Counted from the stretch's first letter, positions 8,670-17,950 are shown. The stretch: 64,000 bases of DNA from Verrucomicrobiota bacterium (GCA_003176045.1 PSRM01000068.1:60084-124083), one strand, 5' to 3'. Notes: generated from the letters alone by a model not told the origin. A program made the numbers and translations.

Positions 8670-9056
8670 TTAAGCTTTTTTGGGGTTTGGGGACCTCTTG
8701 ATGATGAGCCACTCGTTGGGTTTTCCGTGTTTGAAACGAACGAGGTTGAAGCGGCCGGAAGCAAGGGCGCCGTGGAGGTTGAAAACGATTACGTTATCGT
8801 TCCATTCCTCGGAGTCGTAGGTGCCTTTGTCCCAGATGCGCACTTTGCCGGCGCCGTATTGGCCTTCGGGCAGGGTGCCCTCGAAATCGCCGTACGCGAG
8901 GTCGTGGTCCTCGACCTGGACGGCGAGGCGCTTTATTCCGGGTTTTTCGGGAATTCCTTTAGGTACAGCCCAGCTTTTGAACACGCCTTCCTTTTCCAAG
9001 CGGAAATCGAAGTGGTGCGTGCGGGCATCATGCTCCTGAACCACGAACTTTGGCAT
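8670..9056 (-). CDS. Stand-alone LigD-type 3'-phosphoesterase (PE) domain protein
   Basis: 128 aa. MPKFVVQEHDARTHHFDFRLEKEGVFKSWAVPKG matches the LigD PE domain signature. Confidence 0.85.
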   Translation of the reverse strand: MPKFVVQEHDARTHHFDFRLEKEGVFKSWAVPKGIPEKPGIKRLAVQVEDHDLAYGDFEGTLPEGQYGAGKVRIWDKGTYDSEEWNDNVIVFNLHGALASGRFNLVRFKHGKPNEWLIIKRSPNPKKA

Positions 9057-9194
9057 ACCAAGATTCTTCTTGCTCGCAGCCGAGGCTCCGAGCGAGCCCC
9101 GCCGCCGGGGAATGTTCTATTCCGATTGCCGGAATGTTGCAATTCAATTACACGCCAGTCGCACAACAAATGTTCCGGGGCCGCAGTGCTCCGC

Positions 9195-9326
9195 GCGCAA
9201 TTCATAAACGCAGAATCTTGGCGGCGGGAGGAGGGTCAAGGTGGAGGCGCCTCGAACCGCTTTGCCCGCTCCGCGCACTACCTTGACGCCCGCACCGCCG
9301 CCATAAAATCTCCTGCGGAATTGCGC
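9195..9326 (+). repeat. 132-nt structured imperfect palindrome, copy A (candidate ncRNA or ssDNA hairpin)
   Basis: Hand-folded helices: 9195-9203/9318-9326, 9209-9213/9313-9317, 9220-9227/9295-9302, 9233-9244/9278-9291, 9247-9250/9273-9276. A second copy at 47304-47435 carries compensatory substitutions. Confidence 0.65.
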
Positions 9327-9360
9327 ATCGTGGCAAAGCGAGTCACCTGAATTGGGCCAT

Positions 9361-9996
9361 CTACATCCGGTACTTTGCAGTTCGAGGGCTGATCGTTTGC
9401 GGTTTAGGTTCAATTCCAATGGCTCGAAGCAGGTTTATCGCCTCTGCTCGCTGTTCCGCAGAGGGTTGTTCAGCGGAAAGGAATTGCGCGAATCGGCCCT
9501 TCATGGAGTCAAACTCAAGCGCTTGGTTTGCGCCGAACCTCTCGAATTCGCCAGATTTCGCACGGATAATTGGCAGGACCACACCTTTTTGCGCGCCCCG
9601 CTCTTCCCCGATGACGAGCACAATTTCCTGACGGTCAGGTGATTCCGAGGGAGGCTTCATCGGATCGAGCGGCTCACCGGGTTTAGGAAGAACTGCCCAC
9701 GCTTCAGACGCCATCACGACAAGCCGAGCATCATGTCCGATGCAAAACAGACGAGCTACATCTGCAAAGAAATTCTTGTCGGGAAGATTCGTCAGCCTTT
9801 CTGGTGAGAGAACATGCGAGCCATCGGCCCCGATAATGAAGAGGGTTGGTGGCAAGGACCCGGACATTCTCATGCAAAAGCCAGCGTAAAATTCAGCGTG
9901 TTCGACGAGGTCGGCCAACGTTCGCACCTGGCCTGCCGTTGGCAGGAGTGCAGCCGGATCATTTCCTCCTAAATTGTTCGGCTTCGGTGAGGTCAT
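9361..9996 (-). CDS. hypothetical protein (211 aa)
   Basis: Clean ORF co-directional with the T4SS block. No motif recognised. Confidence 0.5.
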   Translation of the reverse strand: MTSPKPNNLGGNDPAALLPTAGQVRTLADLVEHAEFYAGFCMRMSGSLPPTLFIIGADGSHVLSPERLTNLPDKNFFADVARLFCIGHDARLVVMASEAWAVLPKPGEPLDPMKPPSESPDRQEIVLVIGEERGAQKGVVLPIIRAKSGEFERFGANQALEFDSMKGRFAQFLSAEQPSAEQRAEAINLLRAIGIEPKPQTISPRTAKYRM

Positions 9997-10035
9997 AATA
10001 TATAAATCCTTGAGCTGATTTTTGCGTAGCGATCT

Positions 10036-11100
10036 TCAAATTTTGAACCGAGGGGCTTTTAATTGGCCTTTTTTGATTATGGGCGACCATGGAGATGGAA
10101 CGTTCTCGCCAAGGATCGAGGATGTTTCGGAAGGCTTTTGCGTCGGGACGTGGACGGCTGTCTCCATTGACTGATTCCCGAGAGAGAGTTTTTCAGCAAT
10201 GCCGGCCCGCTGTTGTCCCAACTGCTTTAACCGGTATGCGAGGTTGTGGTCCTTTTCCATGAGCCATTGCGCCTTTTCGGCGATAGCCTCGTAAATCAAC
10301 GGGTGCTTTACAGCGCGTTGCATCCGTTCAAGTGTTTCGTTCCATTCCTTTGGCCCGGATGGCCTTTCCCCAGGAGCGCCAGACGGCGCAACATAACAAT
10401 GGCGGTATGCGTTTCCGCCCAGCGCCTTTACCATTCCAAGAACACCCGCCCGTCCCATCAATGCCTCGCGGAACGCAGCCCCGAGAATTTCGAACCTTGC
10501 CACTTCAATCGCGCGTTCAGCGGGAAGCTCTGGCTCGCTGTTGGGATTAGCTGCGCGGCGTTGGGCGTTCAGATGATTAATTTCATGAGTCAGGCTATCC
10601 AAAGCTTTATCGAGCGGGAGTTGGCGAACGGTCTCGCAACCCTCGCAATCCTCTGCGCAAACGGCAACCAATTGTGGGGTGAGACAGCGAAGCGTTTCGT
10701 CGTCCTGTTGTTCATAAATTCTCCAGGCTGTACTTAACCCAAGTTTTTCATCTGCGACGGCTACCGCCTCCGCAAGCAGTCCGGTGGGTTTGAAGCTCTG
10801 CACGTCGGGTAGGTCTTGGCGAAGGGAAGTGTTGATTGGGAGGGCCAGGCGGAGCCACGGGGTATCGATTACCACAAAGCGATCTTCCTTTGCGAGAACC
10901 CACAATCCTTCGAAATATTGTCCGACCGTTGGCGGCGCAATTGGTGTCATCGGGCGTATCTGGCCCCATTCGAATAATGGGTCGCCGGATGAGTCGTACC
11001 GCCCGCTAAACTCCTTTCGATATTCGGTGTAAGAAAGATAGCCGTTGGTGCTGATCAGATTATCGGGCTCTAAACCAATGAATTCAGGCTTTTCATTCAT
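10036..11100 (-). CDS. hypothetical protein (354 aa)
   Basis: Clean ORF, co-directional. No motif recognised. Confidence 0.5.
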   Translation of the reverse strand: MNEKPEFIGLEPDNLISTNGYLSYTEYRKEFSGRYDSSGDPLFEWGQIRPMTPIAPPTVGQYFEGLWVLAKEDRFVVIDTPWLRLALPINTSLRQDLPDVQSFKPTGLLAEAVAVADEKLGLSTAWRIYEQQDDETLRCLTPQLVAVCAEDCEGCETVRQLPLDKALDSLTHEINHLNAQRRAANPNSEPELPAERAIEVARFEILGAAFREALMGRAGVLGMVKALGGNAYRHCYVAPSGAPGERPSGPKEWNETLERMQRAVKHPLIYEAIAEKAQWLMEKDHNLAYRLKQLGQQRAGIAEKLSLGNQSMETAVHVPTQKPSETSSILGENVPSPWSPIIKKGQLKAPRFKI

Positions 11101-11137
11101 GACGGTGGAATTCTTATTAAGCCTGGCGCGTCAGTGA

Positions 11138-11584
11138 TTACAATTTGAACCGGGTCCTCTGTGAGTGGGCTGGCCGTTCCTCGCATCCATCTTTCTCAAG
11201 GGAGATGCGCTCAAACAAGCCCGGCGTATGCACGAGGTAAAACGGCGGGAGGTAGAGGACTTTGCACCAGGCGGAGGGGCGGATTGCAGAGGTCGGAAGC
11301 GTCAGTTGCGGGAATCGATTCGCGATCCCTTCGCGCAGTGAAACGAGCAGCATGTGCTGGCGCATATAGTCTTCCAGAATTCGATTTGCTTCGGACAGAG
11401 CTTGGTCACCGCCCGGCGATTGAAGCGATTCGAGTTGCTGCGCTATTTCGCCGAGCAAATCGAGACTCTTGATATGCAAGATGCAGCGGATGGGGCTTTC
11501 TGGGTTCGCTAGCGTTCTGGCGACCACGCGGAATTGTTTGGAATGCACGCGTTGGTCGGAAGACGGAGAGATCCGTTCTTTCAT
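11138..11584 (-). CDS. hypothetical protein (148 aa)
   Basis: ORF track only. No motif recognised. Confidence 0.4.
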   Translation of the reverse strand: MKERISPSSDQRVHSKQFRVVARTLANPESPIRCILHIKSLDLLGEIAQQLESLQSPGGDQALSEANRILEDYMRQHMLLVSLREGIANRFPQLTLPTSAIRPSAWCKVLYLPPFYLVHTPGLFERISLEKDGCEERPAHSQRTRFKL

Positions 11585-11743
11585 GGGTTCGGATTCGATG
11601 GAAAAGGATTGATGTAGCGAGAACTAACAAGACGAGACCGCCGCTGAGGAAGAAGGTGAGGGTTGTTTTTTGTTGGGGGCACAATCCTCGAAAGCCATGA
11701 ACCGTAGTAAGAACCGCGGAAGAAGACGGGCGGAATGCGCCGG

Positions 11744-12037
11744 TCAGTCTTGCGGTTCAGCGTCTTTGTCCTGGTTTTGTTCGCAGATCCAGGAGTGTGT
11801 AACGTCCGCGACCTTCGCAAGGGCCAGAAGATCAGCTTGACCACCAAAACTTGAGGTGGACTTCCACTGATCATCATCCTTGTCCTTGTAAATTCGCGAA
11901 AAGGTGACGTTGTATCGGATACCATTGCTGGTCTCGTTCTTCCACACGGCTGCTTTGCAAGAACCGATGCGGACCTCATGTACCGGCCGATCATTTTGTT
12001 TTGGCATATAACTTTCGTTTTGTGTTTGTGTACCCAT
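11744..12037 (-). CDS. 97-aa small protein, possibly a PC4/YdbC-like ssDNA-binding fold
   Basis: Track ORF 11744..12073 trimmed to the Met preceded by AAGGAGG at a 6-nt spacing. The pattern VHEVRIGSCKAAVWKNETSNGIRYNVTFSRIYKDKDDDQWKSTSSF resembles PC4-like beta-sheet ssDNA binders (from memory). Confidence 0.5.
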   Translation of the reverse strand: MGTQTQNESYMPKQNDRPVHEVRIGSCKAAVWKNETSNGIRYNVTFSRIYKDKDDDQWKSTSSFGGQADLLALAKVADVTHSWICEQNQDKDAEPQD

Positions 12038-12192
12038 TCTTTTCCTCCTTGTAGAACCCTGAAACAGATGCATACCACGTTTGACAGGCTAAACCAACAG
12101 ACCGGCGAGATTTGTGCGCGGTCGTTAAAGCCGGAACCGATTTCGGTGGTCAAAAAGCCTTGTAACTTCAAGAACATAGGTTGCGGGTTGCT

Positions 12193-12804
12193 CTATCGCG
12201 GTGGCGAAACCACAGAATTGGAGCGAGCTGGTGGAATTGGCCGCGACGATCCTGGCAAATTTTGCAAAGCACTTTCGATAGAATCCAAACGATTGCTGAC
12301 GACCGAAATTTGATCCCGCAACCGATACGATTCCTTGAGCGCTTCGCGGAACTCACGCGACTGGCTGTTCAGTTCGCGCAGACGGTCCTGTAGCAGTTTT
12401 GCTTGTTCGATAAGCGCCTGCGATGTTGTTCGTTGCCTGTTCAACTCCGCGGTCAACGCATCGCGGAGCATTGTCGTGTCGCGCTCCTTCGTCGCCGATA
12501 TTGAGGGCGTCAGAACTGAGGTTTCCGCCGGCGCGAGATTCCACCGGCCCGTTTGCTCGCGACGATAGAGAGTATGCCCGTCGTGCATCACGCTTGAATC
12601 CCGAGGATCGATATATCGCCCAACCGAGTACGCCGAGAATTGGTCGGGCACCCAAATCGCATCGTTTCCAGCAGCCGGTTGGCTTGGTCTCGAAAGCGGA
12701 ACATAAACAGGTTGGCCCGTTGGCGACGAGCGACAACCAGCCATGACGGCGACCGCACTGATCATGACGGAGATTCTAAAGATGGGGGGTAAGTGAAAAC
12801 TCAT
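12193..12804 (-). CDS. T4SS-associated lipoprotein with coiled-coil C-terminus
   Basis: Signal peptide plus lipobox ISAVAVMAGC. Overlaps the VirB10-like stop by 29 nt. Confidence 0.6.
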   Translation of the reverse strand: MSFHLPPIFRISVMISAVAVMAGCRSSPTGQPVYVPLSRPSQPAAGNDAIWVPDQFSAYSVGRYIDPRDSSVMHDGHTLYRREQTGRWNLAPAETSVLTPSISATKERDTTMLRDALTAELNRQRTTSQALIEQAKLLQDRLRELNSQSREFREALKESYRLRDQISVVSNRLDSIESALQNLPGSSRPIPPARSNSVVSPPR

Positions 12805-13792
12805 GGTTTGTTGAGTGATTTCCAGCGCCGAATTCCGCGGGCCACGCTACGACTCGCATGTTTCCGACTTTGGATTTGGACAGGTCGATTGTCTGAGTGA
12901 CATAGAGATAAAATTGTTTGCCCGCAGCAACTCGCACAAACACCCCCTGTTTTTTGATCGTTTCAAGGATCTGTTGCGCATAAGTGTTTAGCACCTGGCT
13001 CGTGCCGTTGAGGGCTGCGTTCCGCGCGGTCGCAGAAACCTGGGTGCCATAGATTGTTGTCTGAGATTGTTCCAGACCAGAAGCGATTCCCGAAAGCATC
13101 GTAGCTGCAAACAGCTTGATCTCCTCCATGGACTGGCTCCGGATGACCTGGCCGGCTAATCCCGGGCTCCCGTCAGTAATGCCCCATGTGCCGCTCTTTT
13201 CATTGAACTCACGATCCAACGCGATGCCCTTTACAAGCAGCTCTTCGCCAGTTTGCCGCACGATGGTCCAAGTCCCGCTAGATATGATTCTCTCACGAAG
13301 CGTATCCACCTGCGCGCGTCCGTGGATTTCTGCTCCGGTGGGAATAACCAGATTCCCGTCGTGCCACAGGTCCTGGGTGACCAACGCAATAATTGGCGTG
13401 TCATTAGCGCCCGAATCAACAGTGTTGACCAATTGGCACTGAACGAGTCGGCCCATGGGCGCGTAGGTCGAAAGGGGAGGAGGGTTCGTGTCGGCGGGCA
13501 AATCAACATGAATACTAAGCGGGGGAATTGGTTTAGCCGGAGGGTTCGTTTGGACATTGGTGGAAACCACGCGAACGACCTCCTGCGTAACGGCCAGTTT
13601 CGGAAGAGGGGGAATTTTTCGCACGACCGACTCCGAAGTCTCGAAAACCTGGTTGGTGTACAGCTTCGTGCTTTGGTTCGTTTGCCGCGAATGGAGCGCG
13701 CCAAACAGGCCCACAAGCAAGATGGCAATGAGAGCGGCCGCCAGGAAAAAGGCGGGACGCGACCTCACCATTTCTATGAGATTACCGAACAT
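12776..13792 (-). CDS. virB10: VirB10/TrbI-like T4SS protein
   Basis: N-terminal TM segment, a Pro-rich linker, and a C-terminal region (LVQCQLVNTVDSG...IPTGAEIHGR...GITDGSPGLAGQV) typical of the TrbI/VirB10 barrel. Confidence 0.75.
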   Translation of the reverse strand: MFGNLIEMVRSRPAFFLAAALIAILLVGLFGALHSRQTNQSTKLYTNQVFETSESVVRKIPPLPKLAVTQEVVRVVSTNVQTNPPAKPIPPLSIHVDLPADTNPPPLSTYAPMGRLVQCQLVNTVDSGANDTPIIALVTQDLWHDGNLVIPTGAEIHGRAQVDTLRERIISSGTWTIVRQTGEELLVKGIALDREFNEKSGTWGITDGSPGLAGQVIRSQSMEEIKLFAATMLSGIASGLEQSQTTIYGTQVSATARNAALNGTSQVLNTYAQQILETIKKQGVFVRVAAGKQFYLYVTQTIDLSKSKVGNMRVVAWPAEFGAGNHSTNHEFSLTPHL

Positions 13793-15074
13793 GGCCGAAA
13801 GCTCTGTCGAAGCTGAGAATGCGATTTTGCGGTCGAGCTGCGTAAACTGAGTATGGGGCGGAGGAATAGTAATACCGGGGCGCGGGGTAATAATAATAGT
13901 ACGGCTGGGGATAGTAGGAGTACGGCTGAGGCGTCGGATAACAATAGCAGTAATAAACCGGATACTGATATTGAACTGTAGGTGGGTTGACGTACGTCAC
14001 GGGCGCTGATTGGACTGCTGGCGGCGAAGAAGCATAACTCAGCCCGGCAGCGGGACTGGGCTGTGGGCTAGCCGTTGCTGTGGGGTGTATTCCGAGGCCG
14101 GCGGAAATCGCGGAAGCGTAATTTTTGTTCGATGGCTGAGTTCTTGATTCACTGACTGGCGGGGCCGCGATTGTTGGCTCAAGTTGAGAATTGCCGGTGG
14201 CGGGCTGCGCCGCAGCTGGAGGTAAATTCGTGGGGACCACAGTAATGGGCGGATCGGTCCGATGTAACAGCACCAGGAATTCGTTCTGAGGCGATACCTC
14301 ATTCCGCCCGCCATCAGGCGTGCCTGTAACGCTGAAATAAACCGGCGCTGCTTTCTGAGGCGGTACCTCCCCGGTCCCATCGGTAATTGATTGATAAAAA
14401 ACTCGGCGCCCAGTTTGCACCATCAAGCTCTGCGGCAGATAATGCATGACTTGCATCGTCTTATTTGAAATGGCGATGCGGAACACGAGTGTATCGGCAT
14501 CATCGAAGCGAAAAACCTCTTCCGTCCTAATCGTGTAATCGCCGTAATCGTTTAATGTGTCAGGTCTGATGCACTGGACGTTGGCAACAGCTTCGGGATG
14601 CTGTTTCTTTAGAAGCGGAAAGGCTTTCGCTGTGTCCAACAGGCCGAGCAATCGCGAAGGGGTTACTGATTGGCGCGGTGCTGGTGCCGCGGGTGAGGGT
14701 GCCTGCGCGAAAATGACCGAAAACCATGGAGTTTTCGACTCTTCCAGTTCCAAGACATACGTCTGGTCCTTCCAAACAACATTTAAGGTAGCATTCGTGT
14801 TTGCTCTCAAAGCCCGAATCGAAAAAAACGAACTGCCAGGCCGAAAGGACAGGAGGAAAAGTGCCGGTGAATTCGCGTCAGATGAAACGAATGCGCCTTC
14901 GAGGTCGGAGATGGGACTCGGAAAGCGGATGGTTGTCGGACCTGTCATTGCAACTGGAATCCGCGCAAGGACCATGGGATTTAGGGGAAGTTGCTGAATC
15001 GGGTTGACCGATTGACCGGCAGCGGAATGCAAGAGAAAGACCAGCAGCAGGATTTTAATTGTCGCGCGTCTCAT
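13782..15074 (-). CDS. VirB9/TrbG-like T4SS outer-membrane core protein with a Tyr/Pro-rich tail
   Basis: Signal peptide. TTIRFPSPISDLEG...TNATLNVVWKDQTYVLEL fits the VirB9 N-domain pattern. The tail is low-complexity (YYCYCYPTPQPYSYYPQPYYYYYPAPRYYY). Confidence 0.6.
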   Translation of the reverse strand: MRRATIKILLLVFLLHSAAGQSVNPIQQLPLNPMVLARIPVAMTGPTTIRFPSPISDLEGAFVSSDANSPALFLLSFRPGSSFFSIRALRANTNATLNVVWKDQTYVLELEESKTPWFSVIFAQAPSPAAPAPRQSVTPSRLLGLLDTAKAFPLLKKQHPEAVANVQCIRPDTLNDYGDYTIRTEEVFRFDDADTLVFRIAISNKTMQVMHYLPQSLMVQTGRRVFYQSITDGTGEVPPQKAAPVYFSVTGTPDGGRNEVSPQNEFLVLLHRTDPPITVVPTNLPPAAAQPATGNSQLEPTIAAPPVSESRTQPSNKNYASAISAGLGIHPTATASPQPSPAAGLSYASSPPAVQSAPVTYVNPPTVQYQYPVYYCYCYPTPQPYSYYPQPYYYYYPAPRYYYSSAPYSVYAARPQNRILSFDRAFGHVR

Positions 15075-15729
15075 AGTTCAGGGTGAAATCAAAAATCTTG
15101 AGAGGCTGAACGCGATTTCGGAGTAAATCCGGGTTGCGACGCATAACGAGATCGAGGGTGAAGTGAAGCGCATCCGTAAATGGCTTTTCATTGAGCACGC
15201 CCGCGCGACTAAGTTCACCGGTGACCTTTGCGCGGAATTCCCCTGGAGCGGACTGTCGAATATCGATGCGTGTGATGAGCGGCTTTTGTTCTATTTGCAA
15301 CTCATCAAACTGCCGAGCTTCTGCCGCCTTCATGGCGGAAGCCCGATTCATCGCCTGACGTGAAAACAGCGCCTGAAGCAACTCTGGAGCGTCAAAATCG
15401 CGCGGGTTGCGTAAGAGCAACGATTCCGTGGCCTCGAAAGCGATGCGTTGATGTAGCTCTTTAGCCTGCGCCAGAGGCTTCGGAGTGCCCATTTTAACTA
15501 CGCCTTCGTCATCTACCACCGTGACGTTGTCCTTCTGTTGGAGGTAGCCGACCAGAGCGGCGATCTGTAGTCCGTTGCAGAGCAGTGAAGCCAGCAAAGC
15601 TACAATGCAAAGCCTGGCCAGACGGTCTTTGTGGGCAAAGAACTGCGCCGCATTAAGGCGCCGTGGTGGATCAGGCATTAACTCGTGAACAACCGGCGAT
15701 TTGCGAAGCGATTCTATATCCTGGGTCAT
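15055..15729 (-). CDS. VirB8/TrbF-like T4SS protein
   Basis: Single N-terminal TM followed by a roughly 150-aa periplasmic domain. It sits between the VirB6-like and VirB9-like genes. Confidence 0.5.
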   Translation of the reverse strand: MTQDIESLRKSPVVHELMPDPPRRLNAAQFFAHKDRLARLCIVALLASLLCNGLQIAALVGYLQQKDNVTVVDDEGVVKMGTPKPLAQAKELHQRIAFEATESLLLRNPRDFDAPELLQALFSRQAMNRASAMKAAEARQFDELQIEQKPLITRIDIRQSAPGEFRAKVTGELSRAGVLNEKPFTDALHFTLDLVMRRNPDLLRNRVQPLKIFDFTLNYETRDN

Positions 15730-16766
15730 TGCCTTTTGAGTTTGCTAATGAGTTGGCTCACCTCTTTGTCGCCTGTCGGATCGTCGGCACCCGGTTGCCA
15801 AGGAGCCGGAGGACTCGACGGTGGTCCCGGAGGAGAATCAGGAGGGGGACTCTCGCTGGATGTGGATGTGCTGGTCTGCTTCGATTCGGCAGCGCTGCTG
15901 ACGGTTTGCCAACCCCAGGCAACAGCCCCACCCAACGCGGGAGCTCCTACGGAGAGCAGCGTCGAAGCGGTTTGAGTAATTGCGGAAGCAGCACCGGGCG
16001 AACCAACCACCATTTTCTGAACGAAAGCAGGTGCCAGAACCGTTGAAAAGATGATCCAAATGGCGATCACTGTAATCGCAAGCAGATTTTGCAGACCGTA
16101 ACCAAGTGAGCCGCTGATCGAATGCGAAGCGAGGAAGTTTTGGTCCACGGCAACGCCGATTAGGCCATCCGTAAAACAGGCCGCTAAAGCGTTCCCCACT
16201 GGCCAGAGCATGATAGCCAGGATTCGAAGCGCGTGGCGTAACCCCAAGTATGAAAGTGGTCGAACCGCCAGTAACGGGAGAAGCAATGGGCAGACCGCCC
16301 AACATACAAGCAAGACAGCCCGCTGCACGGCGTAAATAAAATACATGGCGGCCATCGCGAGCCAGGAGAGGAGGGTCAAAAATGCGTAAATAATCGCCTC
16401 AAACCAATTGCTGCTGAAAAGTGTGCTCCAGAAACTCTGATTCGATTCCGGCGCATTTTGAGCTAGGGCGAGCTGTTGCTGGTACCGCGCTGCCACGTTT
16501 TCAGGTCTAGCCGGAACGTTCTGCTCAACCCATTGCTGGACGAAGGTTTGGCCGTTGGTGATAAAGGCATTGGAGTTGGCAATCACGAGCACAACCAAAA
16601 AGAGCTTAACGATGAATTTCAGGAGCCCGTATGCCGTCGGAGGACCGCCCCAAAACTCAAAAATGAAGGCGGCCAGAAGCAGAATGAAAGCCCAAGGGAG
16701 CAGGTGGCCGTAAAGAGCGGCGCACGCCTGCACGAAACCTGGGAACGTTTGGTCAACGGTATTCAC
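15726..16766 (-). CDS. VirB6/TrbL-like polytopic membrane protein
   Basis: Multiple hydrophobic segments and a Ser/Pro-rich tail. Position within the T4SS operon supports the call. Confidence 0.6.
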   Translation of the reverse strand: MNTVDQTFPGFVQACAALYGHLLPWAFILLLAAFIFEFWGGPPTAYGLLKFIVKLFLVVLVIANSNAFITNGQTFVQQWVEQNVPARPENVAARYQQQLALAQNAPESNQSFWSTLFSSNWFEAIIYAFLTLLSWLAMAAMYFIYAVQRAVLLVCWAVCPLLLPLLAVRPLSYLGLRHALRILAIMLWPVGNALAACFTDGLIGVAVDQNFLASHSISGSLGYGLQNLLAITVIAIWIIFSTVLAPAFVQKMVVGSPGAASAITQTASTLLSVGAPALGGAVAWGWQTVSSAAESKQTSTSTSSESPPPDSPPGPPSSPPAPWQPGADDPTGDKEVSQLISKLKRQ

Positions 16767-16769
16767 GCA

Positions 16770-17540
16770 TCACGGGCGCACAGAACGCGGATCAGGAATT
16801 TGAACGGGGGTTGTGTTGGGAATGAGAAATTGCCCCAATTTTTGTTGAGCGGTCTTGAAATCTACTATCCTTTCTTCGAGACGAGCGTGTTCCTGCTTGT
16901 CAGCGTCGGTCTGATTCGCGACATGCTGAAGGAGCAGGTGGTTCATAGCCGCCTCGCGCTCACGGTCAATAGCGCCTAGTTCGGCTGCCTGAGCGGCGAG
17001 CGTCGCTTGCAACTTTTGAACCTCCGAAATAGTAGGAGCCACTTCAAGCTGCGCGGTCGTGGATTTGATCTCGTCACGAAGATGTTGCCTCCGAACCTCG
17101 GTATCGTTCATCGTTTTTTCGAGGGCTGCCGCCGCGCGTATCACGGCGTCGAACTTACGGTAGGGCAACCCTGCTCTCGGAGTTGTCTGGCCGTCCGCAT
17201 TCGTGATGCTCTCGCCGATCACGTGGTAAAGGCCGTCACCATCGTAAAGGAAAGCGGCAGAAGCTGTTGCTGAGTTTCGGAGGTCGGTCCAAGTCTGGAA
17301 GTCTCCTTTGATGCCCAAGCTTGCAATGACAGCGGCCGCTCCAGGCAGCTTTATCGTGATCGGATCGCCGAGTCGCTGCACCTCGGTTGTAATCTGATGC
17401 ACCTGCTCGATTGTCAGTTGGACCTCTTCAATAGCTTGGGCCAGAACGGACGGATCAATAACCGGGAGGTCTGCGCGAACGACGAACGGCTGGAGAAATG
17501 AGGCCGACATGATTCCAACGGCGATTGAAAATCTTTTCAT
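16770..17540 (-). CDS. TrbJ/VirB5-like secreted coiled-coil protein
   Basis: Signal peptide, the ADLPVIDPSVLAQAIEEVQ start typical of TrbJ, and its operon position. Confidence 0.5.
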   Translation of the reverse strand: MKRFSIAVGIMSASFLQPFVVRADLPVIDPSVLAQAIEEVQLTIEQVHQITTEVQRLGDPITIKLPGAAAVIASLGIKGDFQTWTDLRNSATASAAFLYDGDGLYHVIGESITNADGQTTPRAGLPYRKFDAVIRAAAALEKTMNDTEVRRQHLRDEIKSTTAQLEVAPTISEVQKLQATLAAQAAELGAIDREREAAMNHLLLQHVANQTDADKQEHARLEERIVDFKTAQQKLGQFLIPNTTPVQIPDPRSVRP

Positions 17541-17542
17541 AA

Positions 17543-17950
17543 TTACTCCTGTATCCGTAGAATTCGGGTCGCTGGTTGCACGAGCACGCCGTCCTCGTAG
17601 TGCTCCGGAATCGTGACTTGGTATTGGCGGACCGATGTAGCGTCGGGCCGTTCGCGCTGTTGCTGTTGCAGATTCCAGTACAATTGCTTCACGCCATCAG
17701 AGCGCCCGAGCGTATAACCATTGGTGTAAGCCCGTTTTTCGGAGCTGGTCTTCAATGCCTGGAAGCCTTCACTCAAGAGGACGCCCCCCGCCGCTCCGCC
17801 AGCGATAGCAACGGGGTTACCACCGCTAAGTTTGTCGCCGAGATAAGCTCCTCCAGCGCCGAGAGCGGCATCAGCCACTGGGCGTTGAAGGCCTGAACAA
17901 CCACACAGAAGTGTCAGCGCTACGATCGAAAGATTGATGATTTTACGCAT
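17543..17950 (-). CDS. Glycine-zipper lipoprotein (VirB7-like role possible)
   Basis: Track ORF trimmed to MRKIINLSIVALTLLCGC (lipobox). Gly-zipper GAGGAYLGDKLSGGNPVAIAGGAAGG. Overlaps the VirB4 stop by 8 nt. Confidence 0.55.
   Translation of the reverse strand: MRKIINLSIVALTLLCGCSGLQRPVADAALGAGGAYLGDKLSGGNPVAIAGGAAGGVLLSEGFQALKTSSEKRAYTNGYTLGRSDGVKQLYWNLQQQQRERPDATSVRQYQVTIPEHYEDGVLVQPATRILRIQE

Noticed and set aside
9195-9326. The structured element interpreted as a tRNA/tmRNA fragment or an intrinsic terminator
   Set aside because: There is no cloverleaf or T-loop consensus. There is no U-tract after the hairpin on either strand.
8592-9350. 252-aa plus-strand ORF spanning LigD-PE and structured element A
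   Set aside because: It is antisense to a confidently identified LigD-PE gene and then reads through a non-coding palindrome.
11581-12177. 198-aa minus-strand ORF
   Set aside because: It overlaps, in another frame, the small gene with a strong AAGGAGG site, and has no motifs.
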